Positions 50,587 to 64,000 of a DNA stretch of 64,000 nt are shown piece after piece (position 1 is the first letter of the stretch; each line of letters opens with the position of its first letter). The position numbers and the translations under genes were made by a program. Below the pieces are notes generated by a model. That model was not told the DNA's origin. It made no database searches and saw only the letters and a program-made list of their open reading frames with translations. The stretch is from Microthyrium microscopicum (lineage: Eukaryota): contig MU004232.1 of NCBI GenBank assembly GCA_010405405.1, positions 1,011,481 to 1,075,480 on the forward strand, given 5' to 3'.

Positions 50587-53500
50587 GATGCCAAAAATGG
50601 TTTGAATGATTGACTAGAAAGTGATATTAAAATGAAACATAGGATAATAAGGAACGAATTGAAGAGTAATCACTAGCAAATCTACCCAGAAGTTCGCTGA
50701 AAAGACTAAGATTAACGAGAGGGACGTGGACACTTATATGGTACGCTGCCCCAGACAGAAGTAGTAGACGACAGACGTTGAACTCGAACATTGTGGCTGT
50801 TTACTACTTCATAGCAGCCGTCTAGTTCCCGAGGCGTAAGTAGATCCAAGAGGTAAGGCCAGGACGATAATGGATCATGGGTGATCATGATCGTAGGAGT
50901 ATGGTCAGCTAGCCTCCACGACCACACGAGCATCCGAGTGAGCGGTGATAAGTTCAGTGGGAATGGGGCTTTAGCCACTGTGGACCAGGATACAACCTGG
51001 GAGAGATATGGACGACTCGGATCCTATCAAAATCATGAACAAAAGCCATTATTGATAGTCGCGGAGATTTACTCAACCCTTATAATGACCAGAATCTCGT
51101 GAAGGACTCTGTCTGATCAGCTGTACAGGCATTTTGCATCGTACAAACATCAAGATGCGAAGATATTTGAGGCTATTCATGCTGTGAACCATCAAATCAT
51201 GAAGAAAATGGACCTTGTCATATCTTTCCTCACTCCTGGAATTACCTGGTAGGTAACCAGGGAAGGCGTCAACTTTGATGTTCAAGCATTGGTTGGAGCA
51301 GATTTTGTGGATCTCAAGGGTCTGTGTGCTAAGTCTTGAAAAAGGCTACGAGATAGAGGCTGAAGAAATCTCCTATTCTTGTGTATCTGCAATTGTGCAT
51401 TGCGAGTCCGCGCCTAAAGATCCAATCACAGCCTTGTCAAACACAGGTCCTGCCGGGGCGCGCGGTCTCACATTGATGATCCGCATCTTGAGGCTTGACT
51501 TGACAAGAGTGACAAGTTACAACCGGACGTCAGGCGAAGATCCGTTGCCGAATTGAAATGGTTTTGTGTATGAGACGGTCAATCCAGCCAGCCAAAAACC
51601 ATAACGACACGATACTGGATATCTATGAGTTGCGATTACCTAGAAATATCCAAATTGGTTCGGAAGTTCAAAATTTGAATCCGAGTTGTATGTATGGATT
51701 ATCGAGCGGCTTGACGAGAAGCCGAGTTTAAAGCATCAATTACGCGTTGAAGCTTGCAAGCTCGCGACTCGCGTGAGCTTTTGTACCATTATCGCGTGGC
51801 ACCGTGGCGGTCGCCTGCTGAAAAGTGTGGCGTTGGTCGAGCGTCTTCCGGGTTCTCGAGCCTATAGTATAATGTATTTTTGGTATGATGATGCAGATGC
51901 AGTACTCATCGTCAATATTCGTATGCCAGTCGCCCTAATTCTCGTCGAATCTAGACCAGTCAACGTGACTACCGGAGGCTTTTCAAGTTTTGATGGATAA
52001 AGTGAACGGGAGGCCTAACCGGGTGTACTTGTATTCCAGTTGACTCCATATTTCATCCCCGAATATTCGTCAATGGTTACAATCCTGACGAATGTGACAG
52101 TTGACGGGCAAGTACAGGCAAGACAGGTTACCATAAGACACAATTATGACTTCCGATAACGACGTCCTTCAACCTCGCTGCAGTGATTGTTTGATTCTTC
52201 GGAAGTTGGCGTTGACCATCTGATTGCGAATCCAGCAGTTAAGGTTTATATCTGCAAATCTTCTATCTACCAAGACTTTACTAAGGAATTATTAATCGTC
52301 GGCTCGGTCCTTTTCGTCGTTCGACTCTCGAGTCTTGTGAAGATTTCAAAAACGCCAGTGGCGCTTTCCTACGAGAACGGGTGTTCTAGAACAATAGAAG
52401 CACGATTGCTCTTTGCAACTTCGAAGATGCTCCATAAAAAAACTAATATGTCATAGGTAAAGCATAATCACGGAACTGCACTTTGCCACGATCCATCGTC
52501 TTCCTATTGTACCACTGAAAATCAGTATCCCTTAAGCTCACATACGGTACGGCAAGTTCCGCATGCCCCTGGTGATATGTAATGCGGAGAAATTAGAGGA
52601 AGACGAAGTTTTCGGAGCTTCTGGAATAAGAACATTCAAAAATTAGACCAGGAGCATCATTGATTAGTTCGTTCTCGAATGGTCAACTTTGAATCAGTGG
52701 ACGAGAAAAAGGCGATTCTCTATTCAGTCATTTCCAGATATCCATGTTAGAGTAGTACGCCTTCACTGTTCATACCAGACTTGATCCTCCAAGCTTACCG
52801 ATGCAATGTTTGTCTATTGGACGGACTCAGCTATCAATCTGCTGTACAGTATCTCAATTGACTGCCACCTTACAGAATTGTTCAAACGGCCTGAACGAAT
52901 GTCAGAATTCTTTTGAGTACTAGGTACTTCTTGTATCAAGCAACTGCTCCCAGCATCATAGCCGTTATTCTCTCCTCTCAATAGTATGTACCCAAGTACG
53001 TTCCCTCATATTTCGGAAAAGACATAGAAACGTTATCTCCGTCAGTTACCAAAACCAAGATCATCACACCTTTTATGAGCTTTCAGGTTATGATACTCGA
53101 TATTTGGCTTCGTGGTCAAAGGTAGGTCGATCGTTCTCAACATGAGTGGGTTTACCCAACAGCGCCTTTCATGTCTGCAATCCTTGAGAATCAAATACGA
53201 TGTCTGAGTCAAGATTCTCAAAATCGAAGAGTTCTCACAGGATATCTGGAAAAAACGAGTAAAGTATCAGTGTTTCGTGTCACCACAATGGCCATATCAA
53301 GTCGAGATAGCACCACGAGGACAACGCGACCTTTTTGATTCGGATCAGAAATAGGTACCGTTTACTTTCTTTGCGATGAAAATGACTCTTTTGGCACATC
53401 ATCATAAAATTCTTCAAATTTTGTACAGAATCTTCACGATCTGCTGCATTTTGTGTCTAAGAAGCGACTCACTGCAAAAACTCCCTGTCAATCAAAGTCA

Positions 53501-54403
53501 TAGATTCGCCTAGTTCGTGCGTTTCTCATGCCAATCATCGAGTGGCGATTTCATCCTCAAGTCCATGTGGCCAATACCAAGAGTGAGGAAACGCTCAATG
53601 TAACAGAAGTACAATGTTCGCCCTTGTTACTCTAGAGCCATTGGCAATTGTAGGGTTGCTCACCATACCAACCAGACTTTATTCCAACTTCACCAAGAGA
53701 CTTGGCCGCCTAATCTGCAACTCCATCTGCTCTACATCTTGTCTTGTCCTTCACCAACTAGTTCCCATGTGCTCCCGCCACTGCTCGGCAACTTGGCCGT
53801 ATTACTAGATCCAGCAATTCTGTCAGACATTCAAACCACTCAGATACTTGTTATGGATTGTCAGAGCAGCGTTCAAGTAGTCTTGTGAGAAACATTTGCT
53901 TGTTGTGACTACGCAAGCAACTTGGCTGTCTTGTTTGTGAAACTGTACTCGATGCTGACGACATAGCCGCCAACGTAAGTGTGTAGATCGTTCTTGAGTA
54001 ATTTGTAGTTAAATAGAATCAAGAAATCGGTCATAATCGGTTGCTTCCAATTTACTTGATATACCTTTTCAGCTAGATTTCAGGTCGTACTCGCTTATTG
54101 TTCTTTTCCGCAATATATCGCCATGCCTCCATATGGCGGTGAACTGCCATGGGCTTCGGAGCACTTGCAATTTGCTGACACACTCCACCCATCGGACTTG
54201 AAGCTTTGGCAACCATGGGCGGACAAGGAGGAGTCTCCGTGGAATTCAGCACAAAGTGCCGCGCCGTAAGTGCTGACTTGGACTGCTTGTTGAAATCCTG
54301 ACTGATATAAGAAAGTAGAGCCCCAGACTTTTGCTGCAACTCTTGTGCCGCAAGTGATATAGAAGTTCGCTGTCGTGGCTGTGGAGTCACATCAGATCTC
54401 AAA

Positions 54404-55507
54404 ATGGCTCCGTCAATCGTTCGTCCAGTACTTTCATCTTACCAACAAGTGGCTAAAGAGGAACAACCTACCACACCAAGTCTCGACAGCAGCCCATCGT
54501 CTCGCGCAGATTCGTTTGCCTCGACTTTGAATTCCACCCATAGCACATCCGAGACACCAGGCACAGAAGTCGACCCATTGGATATCGCCGAGCACGACTT
54601 TGCCACGCATTCCAAGAAGCCTGCCCGTCGCCAAGCAGGTCTATGGGCACCATCCACTGGAGCAGAGGGATCAAACTCCCGCTCCAGCTCCTATGCCCGA
54701 GTCAGCCAGCGCACATCGCTGTGGGACCCAGAAGCCGAAGCATCAAGTTCAACCCACAACGCCTTCGCGCCCGTCCGCCCAGCTATTTCACCGAGCGATC
54801 TCACCTTTGCACCAGCAAGCACTTCATCCTACGCCTTTGAGCCATCAAGCTCTTCCTACGACGCTTTCAAGCCAGTCCGCCCATCCGTAGCAGAATGGGA
54901 TCCAGCCGAAGGTTCCTCAAAATCCCACGAGGCAATCGAGACCATAGCATCGAGTTCCAAGGCACCCATCCACACACCAAGCTCAGCACCTCCACTGGCG
55001 CCCGCTCCAATCGCATCAATCCAGCAAAGCCGCACAAGCACGCAGCCAAGCAAGCCCTGGTTCGACGCCGCACACTCAAAACCACTAACCTTCAAATTCG
55101 TCCTAACGCCGCGTAAAAAAGCATACAAACCACCAGAATGCGACGAAGACGGACACATCATCACCTCCTCCCCAACTTCTTCTCTTACCACCCATAGCAC
55201 ACCTAGCGAAGGCTCCTCCAAACCACCCCCAACCACTCCAATGTTCTCCTCCGCCCCAACTCTAGCCGAAATCGCAGAGGATCCAAGCGCACTACAACGG
55301 CTACTAGTCTGCACTATGTTCCTCATGAACAAAGTGCCCGACAAGAACGCTGGGCCGAAACGGCTAGATCTGGACGTATTGAGTGGACGCGGGAAGAGGT
55401 CTGGGTATGCGATGAAGCATGAAGATCGAGTGGTGCATGAGAAGATGAGTCTTGATGCCGGGCTGGAGAGGACGCAGTGGAAGATTAGTTTTTCGCGGAA
55501 TACGTAA
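54404..55507 (+). CDS. Hypothetical Ser/Pro-rich, largely disordered protein (367 aa)
   Basis: Long intronless ORF with an AAAATGG start context, a TATA-like TATAAG at ~54307 and internal peptide repeats. Confidence 0.7.
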   Translation: MAPSIVRPVLSSYQQVAKEEQPTTPSLDSSPSSRADSFASTLNSTHSTSETPGTEVDPLDIAEHDFATHSKKPARRQAGLWAPSTGAEGSNSRSSSYARVSQRTSLWDPEAEASSSTHNAFAPVRPAISPSDLTFAPASTSSYAFEPSSSSYDAFKPVRPSVAEWDPAEGSSKSHEAIETIASSSKAPIHTPSSAPPLAPAPIASIQQSRTSTQPSKPWFDAAHSKPLTFKFVLTPRKKAYKPPECDEDGHIITSSPTSSLTTHSTPSEGSSKPPPTTPMFSSAPTLAEIAEDPSALQRLLVCTMFLMNKVPDKNAGPKRLDLDVLSGRGKRSGYAMKHEDRVVHEKMSLDAGLERTQWKISFSRNT

Positions 55508-56088
55508 TGCGCAGTCGGGACAAGAGCAGAGGGTTGTGTGTTTACAAGGACTTTCTGGAAATTGTTAGTATATGGTATATAATGACCTGCCTGGATGACA
55601 ATCACGTTTGTTAGCATCAATAGTGAGATAAAAATCAGAAACACAACACTTAGAAAAGTCAACATATATGTATGGGGAAGCTACTACAATTCCGATAATG
55701 AATGCTAGTCCCAAGGTTCTTCATACCTAAAAGGCATCTAAAAAGACCCAAAGGAGATCTATCATCCAATAGGAGCTACATCTAATCGGCCATTCATACT
55801 AGCATGTGACACCTGCCTAACCCACCAACGCTCTCTTGGTAACAGTGATATTGGAAAAAGGTTTCTCATTGGGACCAAACACAACAGCAACAGTACTAGA
55901 ACAACAAATTCATAAGCAATCCATCCCCCTTTTTTGGTGTTGAGCAACAGTCGTAAACAAAGCCATCGGCAACCGTTCTAAAACCTTGCTGATAAACATT
56001 GTAAGAGTCCGCGAGAGAGGTGTTGGGTATCGGACAAGACTGGGCCTGTTGACATTGCGTTGGCATAGACTTGTCGGGTTTTTGCTGC

Positions 56089-57624
<1,536 letters not shown>

Positions 57625-59016
57625 GGCGGCGGTGTGTAGGAGAAAGTGGTGAGGGTGTGGTGGGAGTGTATTATCGGGATGCTCGAGGAAGAGCGGTTTG
57701 AGTAGTTGATGAAGAAGAGTGGGCGGTTTTGGATTACTTCTTGGGAGAGATGTTGAAGAAGGACAGAAAAGGAAGTAGGCGGAGAGGACCAAAGTGTGCG
57801 AAGTTGGAGGCTTAGGCGTTGGGGGGGATGCAAAGGATGCTTGGCTTGGCTAAAGTTGGTGGGTGGGCGACTCCTGCCGCTAAGTCAGCGCCTCTTGCCC
57901 AATGTGGTGGGGGAAAAGGGTTGAATGGGAAAGAACGAGGTTGGCAACTGCCTCTGCAATGCGAATCTCCCTTCAATTCATTCTTAAAATGGAAGGAGCT
58001 ATCTTATATACCTTGTTTTAGTAGAGTAGGAGTTAAAAGGTCAATCCAACAGAGAGATAGACGATGAGATGTCACTAGAAAATGTATGGGCATGAAGGGA
58101 GAAAACAGTTCTCAACACCAAGAAATCTTGTAGTGGTATTCTTATATTCTGATATGACGGTACACAATTCGGTAGCCTGGCGAACAGACTCTTGACCGCG
58201 CGTTCAGATCTCTTGACTCTCCGGAAACAGTGCGTAGGCAGCTACTTTTTGCCCTGTTCAGTCAAATAGCTCGATACAAATTCTCTTGGCTCTACTATGT
58301 TTAGGTACTGGTTCATCTCCTGATCTACAGGTTGAAGCAACAGATGGTTGGGTTCTGAATATTGAATAATAATGTAGAAATTGGAGGTGTGTGGACCAGC
58401 CACCCCGCCTTCTGCCCGTTCGTTGGAAAGCAGAGAGTCCAGAAGAAAACGAGCCCCACTTCACCGCCAGCTCTTGCCCCAGCAAAAACAAAGCTTGAGC
58501 AAGCACCCCTGCAGAAATTATCGATTTCAAGGCTAACTTCAGGGGCCAAGGCCCCTTTTATGCCTTGCAGCCCGAATACCTTGGCCACAACTTCAACGTC
58601 ATTTCTAAAAATACTCGGGTCGCATCAACTGTCAATCTCTGCATCGCGAATTGTAGAACAGCCAGCTGGGGAGCAACAAGCACATTGCACATCTAATTCT
58701 CAATAGCGATACCATAACTTTCTTCTTGTCATACAGACACAACCATTCCAGCCGCTCTAGGTGGTACTTAACATAGCCCAATCTCCAACCTTCGTGAAGC
58801 TTCCACATGCTTCTGCCACCTTGAACTTTTTCAATATCAGACATCAACAACCCACATTCCTTTCCAAAGACTACAACCACTTTGCTATTCCTCCCACTCT
58901 CGCCCAAACTTCAAATACCCCATAATACACTCCCATACTGTTCTCCTACACCACCCAATCATCCACATCAGCCAAACCACACAACCATAAATCCACCACC
59001 ACCACCACCATCAACA

Positions 59017-59667
59017 ATGGATCGCGGTCTAAACGAAGTTCTCCGCTGGGGCATCGAAAACTCCACCACCCCCAACAAATCCACCGACACCACCTTACCC
59101 ACCCAACCCGCACGCCCCCTCGACCCCGCCCTCCTCTCCGCGCTCTTCGGCGGCCCATCCGACGCAGACCTAATGCGCTCAGCCATGGCGGCCATAAAAT
59201 CACCCGATGTCGATCTAGAAAACAAACTCATCGCCTTTGACAACTTCGAGCAAATGATCGAAAACCTCGACAACGCAAACAACATCGAGGCCCTGAAGCT
59301 TTGGGAACCACTGATAGAGGAGTTGGGCAACGCCGAGGCGGAGATACGGGCGTTGGCGGCGTGGTGTGTGGGCACGGCCGTGCAGAATAATGAGAAGAGT
59401 CAGGAGAAGTGTGTAATGCATGGGGCGGTGGGGAAGTTGGTGGATTTGGCGGTGGGGGATAAGAGTGTGGGTGTTAGGAAGAAGGCGATTTTGGCACTGA
59501 GTTCGTGTGTGCGGAATTATCAGCCTGCGTTGGATGAGGCGTTGAAGTCGTTGCCGAAGGAGTATAGGGGTGGTGAGGAGATTGATGCTAGTGACATGGA
59601 GGCCATTGATGGGATTATACAGGCGTTAAGGGATGCATCTGCGAAGAAGGCTGAGCAGAAGTCATGA
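59017..59667 (+). CDS. FES1: Hsp70 nucleotide exchange factor Fes1
   Basis: MDRGLNEVLRWGIENS, GGPSDADLM, AFDNFEQMIENLDNANN and AAWCVGTAVQNN. Confidence 0.93.
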   Translation: MDRGLNEVLRWGIENSTTPNKSTDTTLPTQPARPLDPALLSALFGGPSDADLMRSAMAAIKSPDVDLENKLIAFDNFEQMIENLDNANNIEALKLWEPLIEELGNAEAEIRALAAWCVGTAVQNNEKSQEKCVMHGAVGKLVDLAVGDKSVGVRKKAILALSSCVRNYQPALDEALKSLPKEYRGGEEIDASDMEAIDGIIQALRDASAKKAEQKS

Positions 59668-59893
59668 TGTGTATGAGCATGAACGATGGTATGAAGAAAA
59701 AGCAATGCATGGAAACGGCGTTTTGATAGAGTTGATTTGGGGGTATCTACATGAATTCGTACACGGGCGTAATTATATACTCGTGAAAATCGAACCGTTC
59801 TTCAATGTTTTTGTTCTTCTTTCGTGAATATGTTTCGGACTTTATGTATCTCGTGCACGTCGTCCTTTCATCAGCTTTTTGGTTGGGTAGTTT

Positions 59894-60404
59894 CTAGAGC
59901 ATACTGAGACCCAGATCGACCAGTTCCGCAAACTCATCACTACTCAATTGCGCATTCTGGAATCCTATTCCAACCACCAGAGTCCGCTGCTCCTCTGGTC
60001 GCTGCTTCAGCAACAAGCTACCAATCTGTGTCGCGACCAATTGGCCTGCTGTCTCGCGCTCAGGTGCCGTGCCGCCCAGTAACGTCGATGTTGTCAGATG
60101 TGGTGCGGGGAGTAGATCTGATTGCGGCGCATCTAAATCGGTCTCGAAGGATGCGGGCGGCACTTGATCTGGGTGTGGATTTGATAGCGGTATTTGGACC
60201 TATGGAGTCTATTAGCCGTGGTTGGAGCTATGAAAGCAGAGCGGGCAGTACCCAATGCGCTAAGCGGCCATTTTGGCAGATGGTAAGAACGATCTTGTCG
60301 GCAAACGAGATGCCGCTGGCAATTGTAGATATGTTATTTATAAACTTCTCCCCAGTCTTGGAGCGCACTGGGAATGGCGCTGGATCAGCCACGACTTTGT
60401 GCAT
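59894..60404 (-). CDS. Proteasome assembly chaperone 3-like protein
   Basis: FADKIVLTICQNGRLAHW|VQIPL...LTTSTLLGG...RTLVVGIG, with intron 60251-60200. Confidence 0.75.
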
Positions 60405-60699
60405 TGCTGCTGCTGGCACGGCGCTCGCTGAATCGCACCAATCACACTGCCGGATGCTCTGAATACCGTTCCCGTTGTTTGTTTTGAACTGATATTGGAG
60501 GCCGTTGTACGAAAATGTAGGATATATGAGCACGAGAGACTTGGGATAAGATCGTCAGGTCATCGAAAGCCAAAACGAAGCAACGAAAGCTCTGTTCCTT
60601 CCCCACCAATCGGAGCTCCCCTAGCCCGCCCCTCCTAAAAAAAAGTTCATCCACCATCGAAATATCAAACTCATTTCCATATACACCACACCATTCGCC

Positions 60700-63600
60700 A
60701 TGCCACCAAAATTTGTTCCCCGCGAGCGCAAACGCCGCACGCTCGACCGTCAACGCGCATCCCTCCCTGCTCCCCCGACAGACTCGGACGCCATCGAACT
60801 CATCCCACTCTCCAAAACCGAGCGCGAAGCACGCCGCACTGCGCTCAAAGAAGATCTAGCGCGCCAACATGCGAAGACGAAAGTTTCTAGCAAGAAACAG
60901 AAGCGGCTGGATAAGTACATTGATACGAAGCTAAAGAAGGAAGAGAATGCGGCTCTGCTTAAGAAAGTTGCGCGTGGGCAGGCGGGCGTGGATCGCACTT
61001 TGCTGAAGAGTACGAAAGTACTTGGGCGGGGAAGGGAGGAGAGGAGAGAGGGATTTGCGAGGGCGTTAAGGGAGAGAGCGGCGGGAATTAATATGGCGGA
61101 GGCGGAGGGAGTGCTATTCGAGAAAAGGAAGGCGCCGCGGGACCGGCTTGTTGATGATCTGGAAAGTGATAGTGACAGTGGGGAGGGTGAGAAGATTGAT
61201 GTGCATGGTGTCGAAGCGCTGGAGCCGAAGCAATTGTCAATTGCTGCCAGTGACAAGGCATTTGGAGGTGGACTTAAACGACCATTGGAAATGGATGAAG
61301 ATGGCAGACCAGTGATCAAGAAGAGAAAGAGAGAGAAGAAGGCAGTTTTCAAGATAGATTTACAGCCACCAGTACGGGATCCTTTATACGTGGACAAGGA
61401 CCTTGAGCCAACTTGGGACGGTTTCGACTCTGGAGATGATAGTCATTCGCATGAAGGCAGCACAAACGAATCAGGCTCAGAAAGCGAAGAACATTCACAA
61501 GGGGAAGAAGAAGAACAGCTGGAATTCGAAGAATCTACGGAGGCAACGGAAGAAACTAGTTCAGAAGAGGACGGCGAAGATGCGGATGTCAAGAAAGAAA
61601 AGTCAAAAGCACGAACATCAGCTTTCAAAGCGTGGGCTGAACAACAGCGCAATGAAGCGACCGGTTTCACACCCTCCAATGCACTCGCAGATTTGCCAGT
61701 TCTTCCCTCCACGGCGATATTCACACCTCGGCCGAAAGAAGAAGACCCACTTCCAGCAGAGTTAGTTGTTAAAGCAGATGCAAAGCGCAAAGCTTACGCC
61801 GTGACTGTCACTCGCTCAGAAGAAATACAAACGGCTAGACTCGAGCTACCCGTTGTAGCGAAAGAGCAGCAAATTATGGAGGCCATCTTCAATAATGATG
61901 TGGTCATAATATCAGGAGCAACAGGGTCTGGTAAAACAACCCAAGTTCCTCAATTTCTTTTCGAGAACGGGTTCGGAGATCCTTCTGGTCCTACTCCCGG
62001 GTTGATAGGAGTAACACAGCCTCGCAGAGTTGCAGCTGTGAGTATGGCCAAGCGAGTCGGTGATGAACTGGGCGACTCTGGAAATCGAGTTGCTCATCAA
62101 ATCCGATTCGATACTACAGTGGGCAAGAAGACTGCAGTAAAGTTCATGACAGATGGAGTGCTGCTTCGAGAGTTGTCACAAGACCTGTCATTGAAGAAAT
62201 ACTCTGCTATAATCATCGACGAGGCCCATGAAAGAACAGTCAATACCGATATCTTGATCAGTTTGATGAGCAGGTGTATCAAAGCACGAAAGCAGTTGGC
62301 GGAAAAGAAATCGAAGCTATATACGCCTCTTAAGCTTATTATCATGTCCGCTACCCTTCGAGTGTCCGATTTCAGAGAAAACAAACGACTTTTCGACGAG
62401 CCGCCACCTTTAGTTGAAGCAGAAGGACGACAGTTCGAGGTGTCTCCGCATTGGGCGCGCAGAACTTATCCCGACTTCCTTGAAGAAGCATTCAAAAAGC
62501 TATCAAGGGGCCATCGAAAACTACCACCAGGTGGAATATTGGTATTCCTGACTGGGCAAAATGAAATTCGAACCTTGATGAAACGACTCAAAGAAGAGTT
62601 TCCTGCAGCTCAACGAACAGACCAGTCTGGCCCACAAGTCGTAATCAATCCATCAGAGATGGTTATTGAAAACGATGATATGGACATGACAGACATGCCA
62701 TACATCGTTGATGAGGATAATATTCCCATTGACTGCGAGAGCGACGACGAGAGCGATGTAGAGATTGAAGGGTTGGATGATCCGGATGATGAGTTTAAAG
62801 TCGAGGGCGAAGAGCCTTCGACTGAACTGCTGAATTTTCATGTTCTTCCACTATACTCTCAGCTTCCTTCCAAGGAGCAGCTCAAGGTTTTCGAAGCAGT
62901 GCCAGAAGGATCTCGGTTGATTGTTTTGGCTACCAACGTGGCAGAAACAAGTTTGACTATTCCAGGAATTCGATATGTTTTCGACAGTGGCCGAGTCAAG
63001 GAGCGAAAATGGGACAGAGCAGGCGTACAAACCTTTGAAACTACTTGGGTCAGCAAAGCCAGTGCTGATCAACGAATGGGGCGTGCTGGTCGTACTGGTC
63101 CTGGCCATTGCTATCGACTGTATTCGTCAGCCATCTACGAGACTTTTCAAGATTTTGCAGAGCCAGAGATCTTTCGATCCCCGCTCGAAGGTGTGGTGCT
63201 TCAGCTCAAATCGTTTGGTATTCAGAAAGTGGAAAACTTTCCTTTTCCAACACCACCCGAAGCTATAAATCTTGTCAAGGCTGAGTCTTTGCTTTCGCAT
63301 CTAGGAGCACTGGACTCACACAAACGTATCACTAGCTTAGGGAAGGAGTTGCAGAACTACCCATTGAGCCCTCGGTTCGCACAGATGCTTCGGCTTGGGC
63401 AAGTATACAAATGTGTTGAGTTCATGATCGCAACAGTCGCCGCTTTGGATGTTCCAGAGATTCTCATCCCTCAAAGCCTACTAGGCCTCCAAAGCTATTC
63501 TAACGAAGAGCCTCTCTCACTTGCAGAAGAAGAGCTGAAGTCAGAGCGACAAAAAGCATACGGAAACGCCCAAAAACGTCTCTCACGTCTCAGCGACGCC

Positions 63601-64000
63601 AGCGACGCAATCAAACTCCTAGCAGCAGTTCTAGAATACAACAAAGCCGACGACCCAGAAACGCTATGCGAAGACTACTTTCTTCGCAGCAAAGCGCTCA
63701 AAGAAGTCAACCAGCTCCGCGAACAACTCACCGGCATCGTTAAAATGCTCCAGCCCAACACCCTCGGCTCCTTTCGTCCTAAACTACATACGCCCTCTAC
63801 CAAAGAAGTTGAGATTATCCGCCAGATCATCGCAGCTGGTTTCATTGACCAAGTCGCTATCCGTGCAGATTGCTTGCCTAGTCCGCCCGACTTTGAGAGG
63901 AAACCGAAACGAGCGATAGATGTACCCTATCGGACTCTCATCCCTTCCTTCGAAACTGCATCCGGCCAAATTGAGGAGGACCGTTCTGTGTTTTTGCATC
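60700..64000 (+). CDS. DHR1: DEAH-box RNA helicase Dhr1/Ecm16 (SSU processome); 3' end lies beyond the window
   Basis: Open frame from MPPKFVPRERK to the window end (no stop, so absent from the ORF track). Motifs KKQKRLDKYI, GATGSGKTTQVPQF, TQPRRVAA, DEAHER, MSAT, LPPGGILVFLTGQNEI and QRMGRAGRTGPG. Confidence 0.95.
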   Translation, partial: MPPKFVPRERKRRTLDRQRASLPAPPTDSDAIELIPLSKTEREARRTALKEDLARQHAKTKVSSKKQKRLDKYIDTKLKKEENAALLKKVARGQAGVDRTLLKSTKVLGRGREERREGFARALRERAAGINMAEAEGVLFEKRKAPRDRLVDDLESDSDSGEGEKIDVHGVEALEPKQLSIAASDKAFGGGLKRPLEMDEDGRPVIKKRKREKKAVFKIDLQPPVRDPLYVDKDLEPTWDGFDSGDDSHSHEGSTNESGSESEEHSQGEEEEQLEFEESTEATEETSSEEDGEDADVKKEKSKARTSAFKAWAEQQRNEATGFTPSNALADLPVLPSTAIFTPRPKEEDPLPAELVVKADAKRKAYAVTVTRSEEIQTARLELPVVAKEQQIMEAIFNNDVVIISGATGSGKTTQVPQFLFENGFGDPSGPTPGLIGVTQPRRVAAVSMAKRVGDELGDSGNRVAHQIRFDTTVGKKTAVKFMTDGVLLRELSQDLSLKKYSAIIIDEAHERTVNTDILISLMSRCIKARKQLAEKKSKLYTPLKLIIMSATLRVSDFRENKRLFDEPPPLVEAEGRQFEVSPHWARRTYPDFLEEAFKKLSRGHRKLPPGGILVFLTGQNEIRTLMKRLKEEFPAAQRTDQSGPQVVINPSEMVIENDDMDMTDMPYIVDEDNIPIDCESDDESDVEIEGLDDPDDEFKVEGEEPSTELLNFHVLPLYSQLPSKEQLKVFEAVPEGSRLIVLATNVAETSLTIPGIRYVFDSGRVKERKWDRAGVQTFETTWVSKASADQRMGRAGRTGPGHCYRLYSSAIYETFQDFAEPEIFRSPLEGVVLQLKSFGIQKVENFPFPTPPEAINLVKAESLLSHLGALDSHKRITSLGKELQNYPLSPRFAQMLRLGQVYKCVEFMIATVAALDVPEILIPQSLLGLQSYSNEEPLSLAEEELKSERQKAYGNAQKRLSRLSDASDAIKLLAAVLEYNKADDPETLCEDYFLRSKALKEVNQLREQLTGIVKMLQPNTLGSFRPKLHTPSTKEVEIIRQIIAAGFIDQVAIRADCLPSPPDFERKPKRAIDVPYRTLIPSFETASGQIEEDRSVFLH

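Noticed and set aside
54856..55665. 269-aa minus-strand ORF with a hydrophobic N-terminus
   Set aside because: Mostly antisense to the 54404-55507 ORF, which has the better start context and internal repeats. No domain recognised.
60612..60619. GGAGCTCC as an Rpn4-type site upstream of the PAC3-like gene
   Set aside because: A single short match, with no exact copy seen upstream of PRE5. Not distinguishable from chance.
60750..64000. Several short ORFs on both strands in the track
   Set aside because: All overlap the continuous DHR1 frame starting at 60700.

Overview
Gene-dense, intron-containing genomic DNA from a filamentous ascomycete (Pezizomycotina). The basis for this is short GT..AG introns with CTRAY branch sites, a five-intron fungal actin gene and an ascomycete laccase ending in DSGL. 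About 28 protein-coding genes were reconstructed by manual splicing. Recognisable housekeeping genes are PRE5, VPS55, VPS68, LOC1, an EHT1/EEB1-type esterase, a Yvc1-like TRP channel, a PQ-loop transporter, LST7/folliculin, MDM35, RRP6, NOP53, PHO84, ACT1, FES1, a PAC3-like chaperone and DHR1 (truncated by the window end). They are interspersed with accessory-type genes: an F-box/ankyrin protein, secreted proteins, an Old Yellow Enzyme and a laccase. No tRNA, rRNA, transposon or CRISPR could be supported. Best leads: (1) a tandem pair of small, apparently paralogous Q-rich/CCHC-knuckle/RG-tail genes between RRP6 and NOP53 that are only visible after splicing; (2) an intact OYE whose catalytic His, Tyr and Trp positions are all replaced; (3) tail-to-tail linkage of VPS55 and VPS68, which encode partners in one complex; (4) a 54-aa three-exon microprotein absent from the ORF track. 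All exon boundaries are manual predictions and no database searches were run.
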